Origin: Rhodobiaceae bacterium
GTDB lineage: Bacteria; Pseudomonadota; Alphaproteobacteria; Parvibaculales; Parvibaculaceae
DNA: 34,340 bases
Assembly: GCA_027352645.1 (NCBI GenBank)
Contig: DAIEIL010000054.1
Span: 1-34,340, forward strand
Direction of reading: 5' to 3'
The notes below the pieces were generated by a model, which had not been told where the DNA came from, did not search any database, and saw nothing but the letters and a program-made list of their open reading frames with translations. This document shows positions 25,925 to 34,340 of this stretch, one piece after another (the first letter of the stretch is position 1; every line of letters begins with the position of its first letter). Both the position numbers and the translations under genes were made by a program.

Positions 25925-26623
25925 TTATTCTGCGGGACCTATGGCGAGCGCGATGTTCCCCACGCCTTCGACCATGCCCTCAAGCCTGTCGCCGGGCTTC
26001 ACCGGCCCCACACCCTCAGGCGTGCCCGTATAGATGATATCGCCCGGTTGCAGATGATAATAGCGCGAGAGATGCGCGATCAAGGCTGGCACCGGATGAA
26101 TGAGATCGGACATGTCCCCGCTCTGCTTCACCTCGCCATTGAGCTTCAACTGGACGAGGCCCTTTGCGGGATGGCCCGTGATGCTTGCGGGCACGATCTC
26201 GGATAGCACCGCCGCATTCTCGAAATCCTTGGCAAGATCCCAAGGGCGTTGCTTTTCGCGCAGCGCGAATTGAATGTCGCGCCGCGTCATGTCGAGGCCG
26301 CAGGCATAGCCGAACACATGGTCGAGCGCGCTTTCAGCCGCGATGCGGAAGCCGCTCTTGCCGATAATGACAACGAGCTCCATCTCGTACTGGAAGTTCG
26401 CGGTCTCGGGCGCATAGGGGATCGTGCTGCCGCTCGCCACGTAGTGATGCGCCGACTTGTTGAAATAGAAGGGCGCCTCGCGATCCGGCTCCGCGCCCAT
26501 CTCGCGCGCATGGGCCGCATAGTTCCGCCCGACGCAGAAGATGCGATGAATGGGAAAGAGTTCGTCCCGCCCGCGAATGGGGGCGGCTACCGGAGCCGGC
26601 GGCGTGAAAAGATAGCGGGACAA
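25925..26623 (-). CDS. Fumarylacetoacetate hydrolase family protein (fumarylpyruvate/acylpyruvate hydrolase-like)
   Basis: TTG start after AGGAGG. RIFCVGRNYAAHAREMG, YEMEL, LDMTRRD, PGDIIYTGTPEGVG. Confidence 0.93.
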   Translation of the reverse strand: MSRYLFTPPAPVAAPIRGRDELFPIHRIFCVGRNYAAHAREMGAEPDREAPFYFNKSAHHYVASGSTIPYAPETANFQYEMELVVIIGKSGFRIAAESALDHVFGYACGLDMTRRDIQFALREKQRPWDLAKDFENAAVLSEIVPASITGHPAKGLVQLKLNGEVKQSGDMSDLIHPVPALIAHLSRYYHLQPGDIIYTGTPEGVGPVKPGDRLEGMVEGVGNIALAIGPAE

Positions 26624-26636
26624 ATCGGCCCTCCTG

Positions 26637-28589
26637 TCAGGACTTCAACTCGACAATGTCGATGAAGAGGTCGAGCGCTTCGGGATTGGCGAGCGCTTCC
26701 TTGTTCTTGATCGAACGGCCATGAACGACATCGCGCACGGCGAGCTCCGTGATCTTGCCGGATTTCGTGCGCGGAATGTCTGCAACGGCGACGATCTTCG
26801 CGGGCACATGACGAGGCGAAGCGCCCTCGCGGATCTTCTTGCGGATCTTCGCCTGAAGCGCGTCGTCAAGCGCGGCGCCCTGCTTCATCACCACGAAGAG
26901 GATGACGCGTGCATCGCCTTCCCAGTCCTGCCCGATGGCGATGGCCTCCTGAATTTCGGGAAGCTGCTCGACCTGCGCATAGATTTCCGCCGTGCCGATC
27001 CGCACGCCGCCCGGATTGAGCGTGGCGTCGGAGCGGCCATGGATGATGAATCCTCCATGCTCCGTGATCTCGGAGAAGTCACCATGGCACCAGACACCGG
27101 GGAACCTCTCAAAATAGGCGGCGCGATATTTGGCGCCGTCTGCGTCGTTCCAGAAGCAAATGGGCATGGACGGGAAAGGCTTCGTGCAGACGAGTTCGCC
27201 CTTCACGCCGACGACGGGTTCGCCGTCATCGTTCCAGACATTGGTCGCCATGCCGAGGCCCTTGGCCTGAATTTCGCCGCGCCAGACCGGGTCCCATGGC
27301 GAGCCGCCGACGAAGCAGGAGAGAATATCGGTGCCGCCAGAAATCGAGGAGAGCTGCACATCCGCCTTGATGTCACGATAGACAAAATCGAAGCTCTCGG
27401 GGACCAGCGGCGAGCCGGTGGAGAGGATCGTTTCCATGCTGGCGAGCGAATGCGTCTCGCGCGGTTTGAAACCCGACTTCTTCACCGCGTCGATGAACTT
27501 CGCGGATGTGCCGAAAATCCTGATCTTCGCGGCATCGATATAGTCGAAGAGTACGCGCTCGGAGGGATGGAAGGGCGAGCCGTCGTAGAGCGCCAGCGTC
27601 GCGCCGGTGGCGAGTCCCGAGACGAGCCAGTTCCACATCATCCAGCCGCAGGTCGTGAAATAGAAAAGCACGTCGCCCGGCTTCTCATCGCAGGAAAGCT
27701 TGTGCTCCTTCAAATGCTGAATGAGCGTGCCGCCCGCTGAATGCACGATGCATTTGGGAACGCCGGTCGTGCCGCTCGAATACATGATGTAGAGCGGATG
27801 CGCGAAGGGAAGCCGCGCGAAGCTGAGCGGCGCGACAGGAACATGGGCCAGCAATTCCTCGAAGTCTTCCGCCTTCGACAGCCCCTTCGGTCCCTCGCCA
27901 ATGAAGGGCACGATGGCGACATGTTCGAGGCTCGGCAAACCATCGATGATTTCGGCAAGCTTCTCGTGAGAAGGCAGCACCTTGCCCGCATAGCGATAAC
28001 CGTCGCAGGCGACGAGCACCTTGGGCGCGATCTGGCCGAAGCGGTCGAGCACGCCGCGCACGCCGAAGTCCGGCGAGCATGACGAGAAGACCGCGCCGAG
28101 GCTCGCCGCCGCGAGCATGGCGACGATCGTATCGGGGCAGTTCGGCATGAATGCCGCCACGCGGTCGCCCGGCTCCACGCCCCAACGGCGCAACACGGAA
28201 GCAAAACGCGCCACGCGCGACCTAAGCTCCGTCCAGGTTACAAGCGCGGACGCCACGCCTTCATTGTTGAAGAGCAGCGCCGGTCCGTCACCTTCGTGTG
28301 AAAGCAGATTCTCGGCGAAATTGAGTCTGGCATCCGGGAAAAACCCGGCTCCGGGCATCCGGTCGCGATCGACGAGCAGCCGCTCGCCCTTCTCGCCCAC
28401 TACGCCACAGAAATCCCACACGGCATCCCAAAAGGCTTCCGGGTGCTCGATCGACCACTCGTGAAGCGCCGCGTAGCCGGCGAAGCGCGTCCCGTGCCGC
28501 GCGGTCAGATGCGTGGCGAAGGCGGTAAGATTGGTCGCCGCAACCCGGGCGGGCGACGGTGTCCAGAGCGGGGCTTCTGTATTCGTCAC
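26637..28589 (-). CDS. Acetoacetate-CoA ligase
   Basis: GTG 28589 after [77 protein letters not shown]. 650 aa. Confidence 0.94.
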   Translation of the reverse strand: MTNTEAPLWTPSPARVAATNLTAFATHLTARHGTRFAGYAALHEWSIEHPEAFWDAVWDFCGVVGEKGERLLVDRDRMPGAGFFPDARLNFAENLLSHEGDGPALLFNNEGVASALVTWTELRSRVARFASVLRRWGVEPGDRVAAFMPNCPDTIVAMLAAASLGAVFSSCSPDFGVRGVLDRFGQIAPKVLVACDGYRYAGKVLPSHEKLAEIIDGLPSLEHVAIVPFIGEGPKGLSKAEDFEELLAHVPVAPLSFARLPFAHPLYIMYSSGTTGVPKCIVHSAGGTLIQHLKEHKLSCDEKPGDVLFYFTTCGWMMWNWLVSGLATGATLALYDGSPFHPSERVLFDYIDAAKIRIFGTSAKFIDAVKKSGFKPRETHSLASMETILSTGSPLVPESFDFVYRDIKADVQLSSISGGTDILSCFVGGSPWDPVWRGEIQAKGLGMATNVWNDDGEPVVGVKGELVCTKPFPSMPICFWNDADGAKYRAAYFERFPGVWCHGDFSEITEHGGFIIHGRSDATLNPGGVRIGTAEIYAQVEQLPEIQEAIAIGQDWEGDARVILFVVMKQGAALDDALQAKIRKKIREGASPRHVPAKIVAVADIPRTKSGKITELAVRDVVHGRSIKNKEALANPEALDLFIDIVELKS

Positions 28590-28617
28590 GTGTCGCCCTT
28601 TCCAGGCCGCAGGCCGA

Positions 28618-29391
28618 TCAGCCGTGTTTGAAATCAGGCGCGCGCTTCTCGATGAAGGCTGCCATGCCTTCCTTCTGGTCCGCATTGGCGAAGCCCGAAT
28701 GGAAGACGCGGCGTTCGAAGCGAACGCCCTCTGCAAGCGTCACCTCGAAGCTGCGGTTCACGCTTTCCTTGATTGCTATCGTGGCTGGCAGAGACATGCC
28801 GGCAATCGTTTCGGCGAGCCTGGCGGTCTCCGCGAGGAGATCGCTCGCCGGAACGATACGGGCGACGAGGCCCGAGCGCTCCGCTTCCTCGGCGTCAATG
28901 AAGCGCCCCGTCAGGCACATTTCCATCGCCTTCGCCTTGCCGACGGCGCGGGTGAGGCGCTGCGAACCGCCCATGCCCGGAATGACGCCGAGCTTCACTT
29001 CCGGTTGGCCGAATTTCGCGTTGTCAGCTGCGAGAATGAAGTCGCACATCATGGCCAGTTCGCAGCCGCCGCCCAGCGCGAAGCCCGCCACCGCCGCGAT
29101 GATCGGTTTGCGCACGCGGGTCAGCTCTTCCCAGGGCGCAAACCAGTCGGCGAGATACATCTCCGTCGCTTCGCGCTCGGCCATCTCCTTGATGTCCGCG
29201 CCGGCGGCGAAGGCCTTGGCCGAACCGGTGATAACGATGCAGCCGATACCCGCATCCGCGTCGAAGCCCCTGGCCGCCGCAATCACCTCATTCATCAGCG
29301 TCGCGTTGAGCGCGTTGAGCGCTTGCGGCCGGTTGAGCGTGATGGTGGCGACGCGGCCCCGCGTCTCGGTGAGGATGGTTTCGTAAGCCAT
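28618..29391 (-). CDS. Enoyl-CoA hydratase (crotonase)
   Basis: [47 protein letters not shown]. Confidence 0.96.
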   Translation of the reverse strand: MAYETILTETRGRVATITLNRPQALNALNATLMNEVIAAARGFDADAGIGCIVITGSAKAFAAGADIKEMAEREATEMYLADWFAPWEELTRVRKPIIAAVAGFALGGGCELAMMCDFILAADNAKFGQPEVKLGVIPGMGGSQRLTRAVGKAKAMEMCLTGRFIDAEEAERSGLVARIVPASDLLAETARLAETIAGMSLPATIAIKESVNRSFEVTLAEGVRFERRVFHSGFANADQKEGMAAFIEKRAPDFKHG

Positions 29392-29416
29392 GTTCGTCGT
29401 CTCCCGGAGATCGCGG

Positions 29417-30307
29417 TTAAATCTGGCCCTTGATGAGCTTTATGACGCCGGAGAAGTCTATCGCATCATGCCCCAGAGCTTCCATCAGCGCGTAGACCTG
29501 AGCCGCATGTGCGCCGAGCGGCGTCGGCACCCGCGCCGTTCTGGAAGCGTCCTGGGCGAGGCGAAGGTCCTTCAGCATCATGCCCGCCGTGAAGCCCGGC
29601 TTGTAATCGCGATTGGCCGGCGAGGTCGGCACGGGTCCTGGAACCGGGCAGTACGATGTCATGGACCAGCACTGGCCGGAAGCGGTCGAGGAAATATCGA
29701 AAAGCTTCTGCGCATCGAGGCCGAGTTTCTCGCCAAGCGCGAAAGCCTCCGACACCGCGATCATCGAAATTCCGAGGATCATGTTGTTGCAGACCTTGGC
29801 GGCCTGCCCCGTGCCCGCGTCTCCGGCATGGAAAATGTTCTTGCCCATATTTTCGATGATCGGCAACGCCCTGGCGAAAGCCTCCTCCTCTCCGCCAACC
29901 ATGAAGGTGAGCGATCCGGCTTCTGCGCCGCCGACACCGCCTGAGACCGGGGCATCGAGCATCGACATGCCTGCCGCGACCGCTGCCGCGATGACCTCTC
30001 GCGCGGTCGGCACGTCGATAGTCGAACTGTCGATGAATACCGTCCCCTTGTCAGCGGCGGCGATGAGGCCACCCTCACCGAGATAGACGGCGCGCACATG
30101 TTCGCCTGCGGGCAGCATTGTGACGACGAACTCGACGCTCTTGGCAGCGTCGGCAGCGGTCGCCGCCTTCTCTGCGCCCGCTTCGACAAGACCGGCTACA
30201 GCTTGTGCCGAGAGGTCGAAGACCTTCAGCGCGTGACCTGCCTTCACGAGGTTGCGCGCCATGGGCCCGCCCATATTGCCGAGGCCGATGAATCCGATCT
30301 TCGCCAT
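29417..30307 (-). CDS. mmsB: 3-hydroxyisobutyrate dehydrogenase
   Basis: [47 protein letters not shown]. Confidence 0.95.
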   Translation of the reverse strand: MAKIGFIGLGNMGGPMARNLVKAGHALKVFDLSAQAVAGLVEAGAEKAATAADAAKSVEFVVTMLPAGEHVRAVYLGEGGLIAAADKGTVFIDSSTIDVPTAREVIAAAVAAGMSMLDAPVSGGVGGAEAGSLTFMVGGEEEAFARALPIIENMGKNIFHAGDAGTGQAAKVCNNMILGISMIAVSEAFALGEKLGLDAQKLFDISSTASGQCWSMTSYCPVPGPVPTSPANRDYKPGFTAGMMLKDLRLAQDASRTARVPTPLGAHAAQVYALMEALGHDAIDFSGVIKLIKGQI

Positions 30308-30337
30308 GTCCCTGTCTCCTCTCAGTCGCCCAATATC

Positions 30338-31378
30338 TCAGTCGAATGTCAGTTCGTCCGCTCCGAGCGGCGCGAAGTAGGCGTCTATCTCCGCCTTCGT
30401 CACATCGTCGAGCTTCGCAGGCTTCCATTTCGGCGCCTGATCCTTGTCGATGATGATGGCGCGCACGCCCTCATAGAAATCATGCCCCTTGATGAAGCGG
30501 CTGGTGAGCCGGTATTCGAGCTGCATTGCCTCCTCAAAGGAGAGCTTCGCGCCTTCGCGAATCTGGCGATAGGCGACGCTGCAGCTCGTCGGCGATTTCG
30601 CTTCGATATTGGCCGCGAGTTTCGCTTCCCACTCGCCGCCATCCGCCTTCAGCGAGGCAACGATCCCGGAGACGGAGCCCTTGGCGAAATGCCTGTCGAT
30701 CGACGCGCGATGCTGCGCGAGCGGCGCTTCGCCCGCAGGCGCGGAAAGCTCACGCAACGCGACGTCGATGGACTCGCCGCCTGCAAGTCGCTCTTTCAGC
30801 GCTTCGAGCCTGTCGCTCAGAACGTGAACATCCGCAATGCCCGCATAGACAGCATCCGCGACCTTGAGCCGTTCGCCGCTAATCCCGAGGAACATGCCGA
30901 TCTCGCCGGGGCAGCGCGGCAGGAAGTACGTGCCGCCAACATCCGGGAAAAGGCCGACGCCCGTTTCAGGCATGGCGAAAGTCAACCGCTCCGTCGCGAC
31001 GCGATGCGAGCCGTTGACCGAAACGCCGACACCGCCACCCATGTTGATGCCGTCCATCAGCGCGACATAGGGCTTGGGATAGCGCTTGATATAGGTGTTG
31101 AGGCGATATTCCTCGCGCCAGAAGGCGAGCGCAGAGGGATCGCCCGCATTGCCCCAGTCATGCAGCGCGCGGATGTCGCCGCCCGCGCAGAAAGCCTTCT
31201 CTCCCGCGCCCTCGATGATGACGAGCTTCACGCTGTCATCCGCCGCCCATGCCTTGAGCTGCGGATGGATCAGGCGAACCATGTTGAGCGTCAGCGCGTT
31301 CAGCGCCTTCGGGCGATTGAGCGTGATGATACCCGCGACGCCATTACGCGCGAACAGGACTTCGGCTTCTTCAGACAT
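30338..31378 (-). CDS. 3-hydroxyisobutyryl-CoA hydrolase (crotonase superfamily)
   Basis: AFCAGGDIR, EEYRLN, MGGGVG, FAMPETGVGLFPDVG, DFYEGVRA.IIDKD..PKW. Confidence 0.93.
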   Translation of the reverse strand: MSEEAEVLFARNGVAGIITLNRPKALNALTLNMVRLIHPQLKAWAADDSVKLVIIEGAGEKAFCAGGDIRALHDWGNAGDPSALAFWREEYRLNTYIKRYPKPYVALMDGINMGGGVGVSVNGSHRVATERLTFAMPETGVGLFPDVGGTYFLPRCPGEIGMFLGISGERLKVADAVYAGIADVHVLSDRLEALKERLAGGESIDVALRELSAPAGEAPLAQHRASIDRHFAKGSVSGIVASLKADGGEWEAKLAANIEAKSPTSCSVAYRQIREGAKLSFEEAMQLEYRLTSRFIKGHDFYEGVRAIIIDKDQAPKWKPAKLDDVTKAEIDAYFAPLGADELTFD

Positions 31379-31383
31379 GTCGT

Positions 31384-32520
31384 TCAGTTCTTCAGCAATT
31401 CGCGCGCAATGATGACGCGCATGATCTCATTCGTGCCTTCGAGTATCTGATGTACGCGCAGATCGCGCACATGACGCTCGAGCGGGAAGTCGTTGAGATA
31501 GCCATAGCCGCCGTGAAGCTGCAGCGCCTCATTGGCGACGCGGAAGCTCACATCGGTGACGAAGCGCTTCGCCATCGCGGCGTGCATGGTCGCATCGGGC
31601 GACTTAGCCTGCACCTTGGTTGCGGCCTGATAGAGCATGAGCCGCGCCGCCTCAAGTTCGGTCGCCATGTCGGCAAGCTTGAACTGAAGCGCCTGGAACG
31701 TCGCGAGCGGCTTGCCGAATTGCTGACGCTCGTTGAGATAGGCCCTGGCGCGCTCGAAAGCCACGCGCGCCGTGCCGATCGCACAGGCGGCAATGTTGAG
31801 ACGGCCACCATCGAGGCCCATCATCGCGAACTTGAAGCCTTCGCCCTCTTCGCCGACGCGGTTCGACACCGGCACGCGGCAATCCTCGAAGATCACCTGC
31901 GCGGTCGGCTGCGAGTTCCAGCCCATCTTCTTTTCGGGCGCGCCGAAGGAGAGGCCCGGTGTGCCCTTCTCGACAACGATGCAGGAAACACCCTTCGGGC
32001 CCGCCTCGCCGGTGCGCACCATCGCGACATAGATGTCCGACGTGCCGCCACCCGAGATGAATGCCTTCGAACCATTGATGACATAGTGGTCGCCATCGCG
32101 CACCGCGCGGGTGCGAAGCGAGGCCGCGTCCGAACCCGAGCCCGGCTCGGTGAGGCAATAGCTCGCGATGAGTTCCATTGTGGTGAGGCGCGGGAGATAT
32201 TTCTGCCGCAGCTCTTCCGACCCGAAAGTATCGATCATCCAGGACGCCATGTTGTGGATCGTCAGGTAAGCCGCCGTCGAGGTGCAGCCACCTGAGAGAG
32301 CTTCGAAGATGAGCGCGGCGTCGAGGCGCGTCAGCGCGGAGCCACCGACATCTTCCTTCACATAGATGCCTGCGAAGCCAAGGGCCGCCGCCTTACGCAG
32401 CGTCTCCACGGGGAAGAAATGGGTCCGGTCCCATTCCGCTGCGTAAGGTTCCAGTTCTTCCGCTGCAAACGAACGTGCCACGTCCTGGAATGCGCGCTGG
32501 TCTTCCGTCAGCTCAAACAT
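31384..32520 (-). CDS. Isobutyryl-CoA dehydrogenase (ACAD8-like)
   Basis: [57 protein letters not shown]. mms gene context. Confidence 0.92.
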   Translation of the reverse strand: MFELTEDQRAFQDVARSFAAEELEPYAAEWDRTHFFPVETLRKAAALGFAGIYVKEDVGGSALTRLDAALIFEALSGGCTSTAAYLTIHNMASWMIDTFGSEELRQKYLPRLTTMELIASYCLTEPGSGSDAASLRTRAVRDGDHYVINGSKAFISGGGTSDIYVAMVRTGEAGPKGVSCIVVEKGTPGLSFGAPEKKMGWNSQPTAQVIFEDCRVPVSNRVGEEGEGFKFAMMGLDGGRLNIAACAIGTARVAFERARAYLNERQQFGKPLATFQALQFKLADMATELEAARLMLYQAATKVQAKSPDATMHAAMAKRFVTDVSFRVANEALQLHGGYGYLNDFPLERHVRDLRVHQILEGTNEIMRVIIARELLKN

Positions 32521-32662
32521 CTAGCCACTCCCTCAATCATCGTTTGTGCCGGCCTGCAAGGGGCGCGGCGCCCAATCCATAGGATGAGCGCCGCCCCTCG
32601 TCCAGATGCCGTGAGCCCGGTCCCTTATGCGAGACCTGGGTAGATAACCGATCAGGCGATCG

Positions 32663-34162
32663 TCACCCCATGGTTGGAATGACGAAGGACGAACCTTCCT
32701 TGACCCCGGACGGCCAGCGCGAGGTGACCGTCTTCACCTTGGTCCAGAACTTCACGCCCTCGGTACCATGCTGGTTCGTGTCGCCGAAGGCCGAACGCTT
32801 CCAGCCGCCGAATGAGTGATAGGCGAGCGGCACGGGGATCGGCACGTTGATGCCGACCATGCCGACCTGAACCCGCGAGGCGAAAGTGCGCGCCGCGTCA
32901 CCGTCGCGCGTGAAGATCGCGACGCCATTGCCATACTGGTGCTTCGTCGGCAGCTCGGCGGCCTCGTCGAAGTTCTTTGCGCGCACGATCTGGAGTACCG
33001 GGCCGAAGATTTCTTCCTGGTAGGTCGTCATGTCGGGCGTCACATGATCGAAGAGCGTTCCGCCGAGGAAGAAGCCCTTCTCGTAGCCCTGCAGCTTGAA
33101 GCCGCGGCCGTCGACCAGAAGCTTTGCGCCTTCCTTGGTGGCGAGGTCGATGTAGCCCTTCACCTTGTCGAGATGCGCCTGGCTAACCAGCGGGCCGTAG
33201 TCGCTGTCGGCTGCCGTCGAGATGCCGATCTTGAGGGCCTGAACGCGCGGCACGAGCTTCTCGATGAGGCGTTCCGCCGTCTCGTCGCCGACCGGGACCG
33301 CAACCGGCAGCGCCATGCAGCGTTCGCCCGCCGAGCCATAGGCCGAGCCGATGAGATCGTTGACGACCTGATCCATGTCGGCGTCCGGCATGATGATCGC
33401 GTGGTTCTTCGCGCCGCCCATGGCCTGCACGCGCTTTCCATGCGCCGCACCGGTCGCATAGATGTACTGCGCGATCGCCGACGAGCCGACGAAGCTGATG
33501 GCCGGGATGGTCGGATCGGTGAGGATCGCATCGACGGCTTCCTTGTCGCCGTTGACGACGTTGAGCACGCCTTCGGGCGCGCCGGCCTCAAGCAGGAGTT
33601 CCGCAAGGCGTAGCGGCACCGATGGGTCCTTCTCGGAGGGCTTCAGGATGAAGGTGTTGCCGCAGGCGATCGCCACGCCGAACATCCACATCGGGATCAT
33701 GGCCGGGAAGTTGAAGGGCGTGATGCCGGCCACGACGCCGAGCGGCTGGCGCATCGAATACATGTCGATGCCGGGGCCGGCGCCTTCCGTGAATTCGCCC
33801 TTCTGGAGATGCGGGATACCGCAGGCGAATTCGATGACTTCAAGACCGCGCTGAATGTCGCCCTTGGAGTCGGCAATCACTTTGCCATGCTCGGAGGAGA
33901 GAAGCTCGGCCAGCTCCTGCATGTTCGCCTCGAGCAGGCGCTTGAATTCGAACATGACGCGGGCGCGGCGCTGCGGGTTCGTTGCCGCCCAGCCGGGGAA
34001 AGCCTTCGCCGCGACTTCGACGGCGGCGCGCAGCTCGGCGGTCGTCGCGAGCGGGGTGCGGGCCGTGATCTCGCCCGTGTTCGGGTTGGTCACATCGAGG
34101 AAGCGGCCACTGGTGCCCTTCACATGCTTGCCACCAATGAAATGTGTGAGTTCCTTGACCAT
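32663..34162 (-). CDS. mmsA: CoA-acylating methylmalonate-semialdehyde dehydrogenase
   Basis: GITPFNFPAMIPMW, LKPSEKDP, SFVGS, MGGAKNH, GSAGERCMA (catalytic Cys), EEIFGPV, GINVPIPVP. Confidence 0.96.
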   Translation of the reverse strand: MVKELTHFIGGKHVKGTSGRFLDVTNPNTGEITARTPLATTAELRAAVEVAAKAFPGWAATNPQRRARVMFEFKRLLEANMQELAELLSSEHGKVIADSKGDIQRGLEVIEFACGIPHLQKGEFTEGAGPGIDMYSMRQPLGVVAGITPFNFPAMIPMWMFGVAIACGNTFILKPSEKDPSVPLRLAELLLEAGAPEGVLNVVNGDKEAVDAILTDPTIPAISFVGSSAIAQYIYATGAAHGKRVQAMGGAKNHAIIMPDADMDQVVNDLIGSAYGSAGERCMALPVAVPVGDETAERLIEKLVPRVQALKIGISTAADSDYGPLVSQAHLDKVKGYIDLATKEGAKLLVDGRGFKLQGYEKGFFLGGTLFDHVTPDMTTYQEEIFGPVLQIVRAKNFDEAAELPTKHQYGNGVAIFTRDGDAARTFASRVQVGMVGINVPIPVPLAYHSFGGWKRSAFGDTNQHGTEGVKFWTKVKTVTSRWPSGVKEGSSFVIPTMG

Positions 34163-34240
34163 GGCTCGTTCCGACCTTCCAACTTTTGATGCTGTGCGCC
34201 TTGTTTACCGGCTGCGTCAGCGCATGGAAACTGGTATTAG

Positions 34241-34257
34241 TGCAGCATGAAGCTGCA
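34241..34257. promoter_or_regulatory. Candidate LysR operator (TGCAGC-N5-GCTGCA) between mmsA and its divergent regulator
   Basis: Perfect 6-bp inverted repeat at 34241-34246 / 34252-34257, just upstream of the LysR ATG. Confidence 0.5.
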
Positions 34258-34264
34258 AAATCGC

Positions 34265-34340
34265 ATGCCGCTGGATTGGGAAAATCTGCGGCTTTTCCTC
34301 GAAACGACGCGCCACTCGACACTGGCCGATGCCGCGCTGC
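34265..34340 (+). CDS. LysR-family regulator, 5' fragment (continues past the window)
   Basis: Manual translation MPLDWENLRLFLETTRHSTLADAAL resembles the LTTR N-terminus (DWxxLRxFLxxxRxGSLxxAA). Divergent from mmsA. Confidence 0.75.
   Translation, partial: MPLDWENLRLFLETTRHSTLADAAL

Noticed and set aside
32560-32600. GC-rich imperfect inverted repeat between mmsA and the isobutyryl-CoA dehydrogenase gene as an ncRNA or riboswitch
   Set aside because: The stem is imperfect, with no recognisable aptamer motif or U-tail. At most it is an intercistronic stability hairpin.
1-34340. CRISPR arrays, tRNA/rRNA, transposases, prophage, anti-phage defence or toxin-antitoxin genes
   Set aside because: I saw no spaced repeats, cloverleaf or rRNA signatures, or matching protein motifs. 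Gene content and codon bias look like core chromosome.

Overview
High-GC chromosomal window from an alphaproteobacterium. A Parvibaculum/Caulobacterales-like host is inferred from gene content and codon usage only. I found no rRNA, tRNA, CRISPR, IS, integrase or phage features. From left to right: (1) LysR regulator (cut by the window edge) divergent from wrbA, pirin and a glutathionyl-hydroquinone reductase, a quinone/redox-stress set. (2) Small secreted protein, amidase and NUDIX hydrolase. (3) A motility-like island: a flagellin-core protein lacking both polymerisation termini, a SAM methyltransferase, and a receiver-Hpt-receiver triplet with Cle-type GP(D/E)RR tails. (4) Alpha/beta hydrolase divergent from a ferritin-like diiron enzyme, followed by an acyl-CoA ligase, a SnoaL/NTF2 protein and a heteromeric acyl-CoA dehydrogenase pair. 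(5) Small orphan genes, cspA, esterase, GST, DedA and YbhB/YbcL. (6) A candidate arrest-peptide uORF ending FSNAPP, a Pho box, and pstSCAB without phoU/phoB. (7) A minus-strand valine/branched-chain catabolic run (mmsA, isobutyryl-CoA dehydrogenase, HIB-CoA hydrolase, mmsB, enoyl-CoA hydratase, acetoacetate-CoA ligase, FAH-family protein, ACAD) divergent from a second LysR cut by the edge. The best candidates for undescribed biology are the D0-less flagellin with the Cle-Hpt-Cle island, the NAPP uORF before pstS, and the diiron/acyl-CoA cluster. All family calls come from motif recognition by eye; no database search was run.
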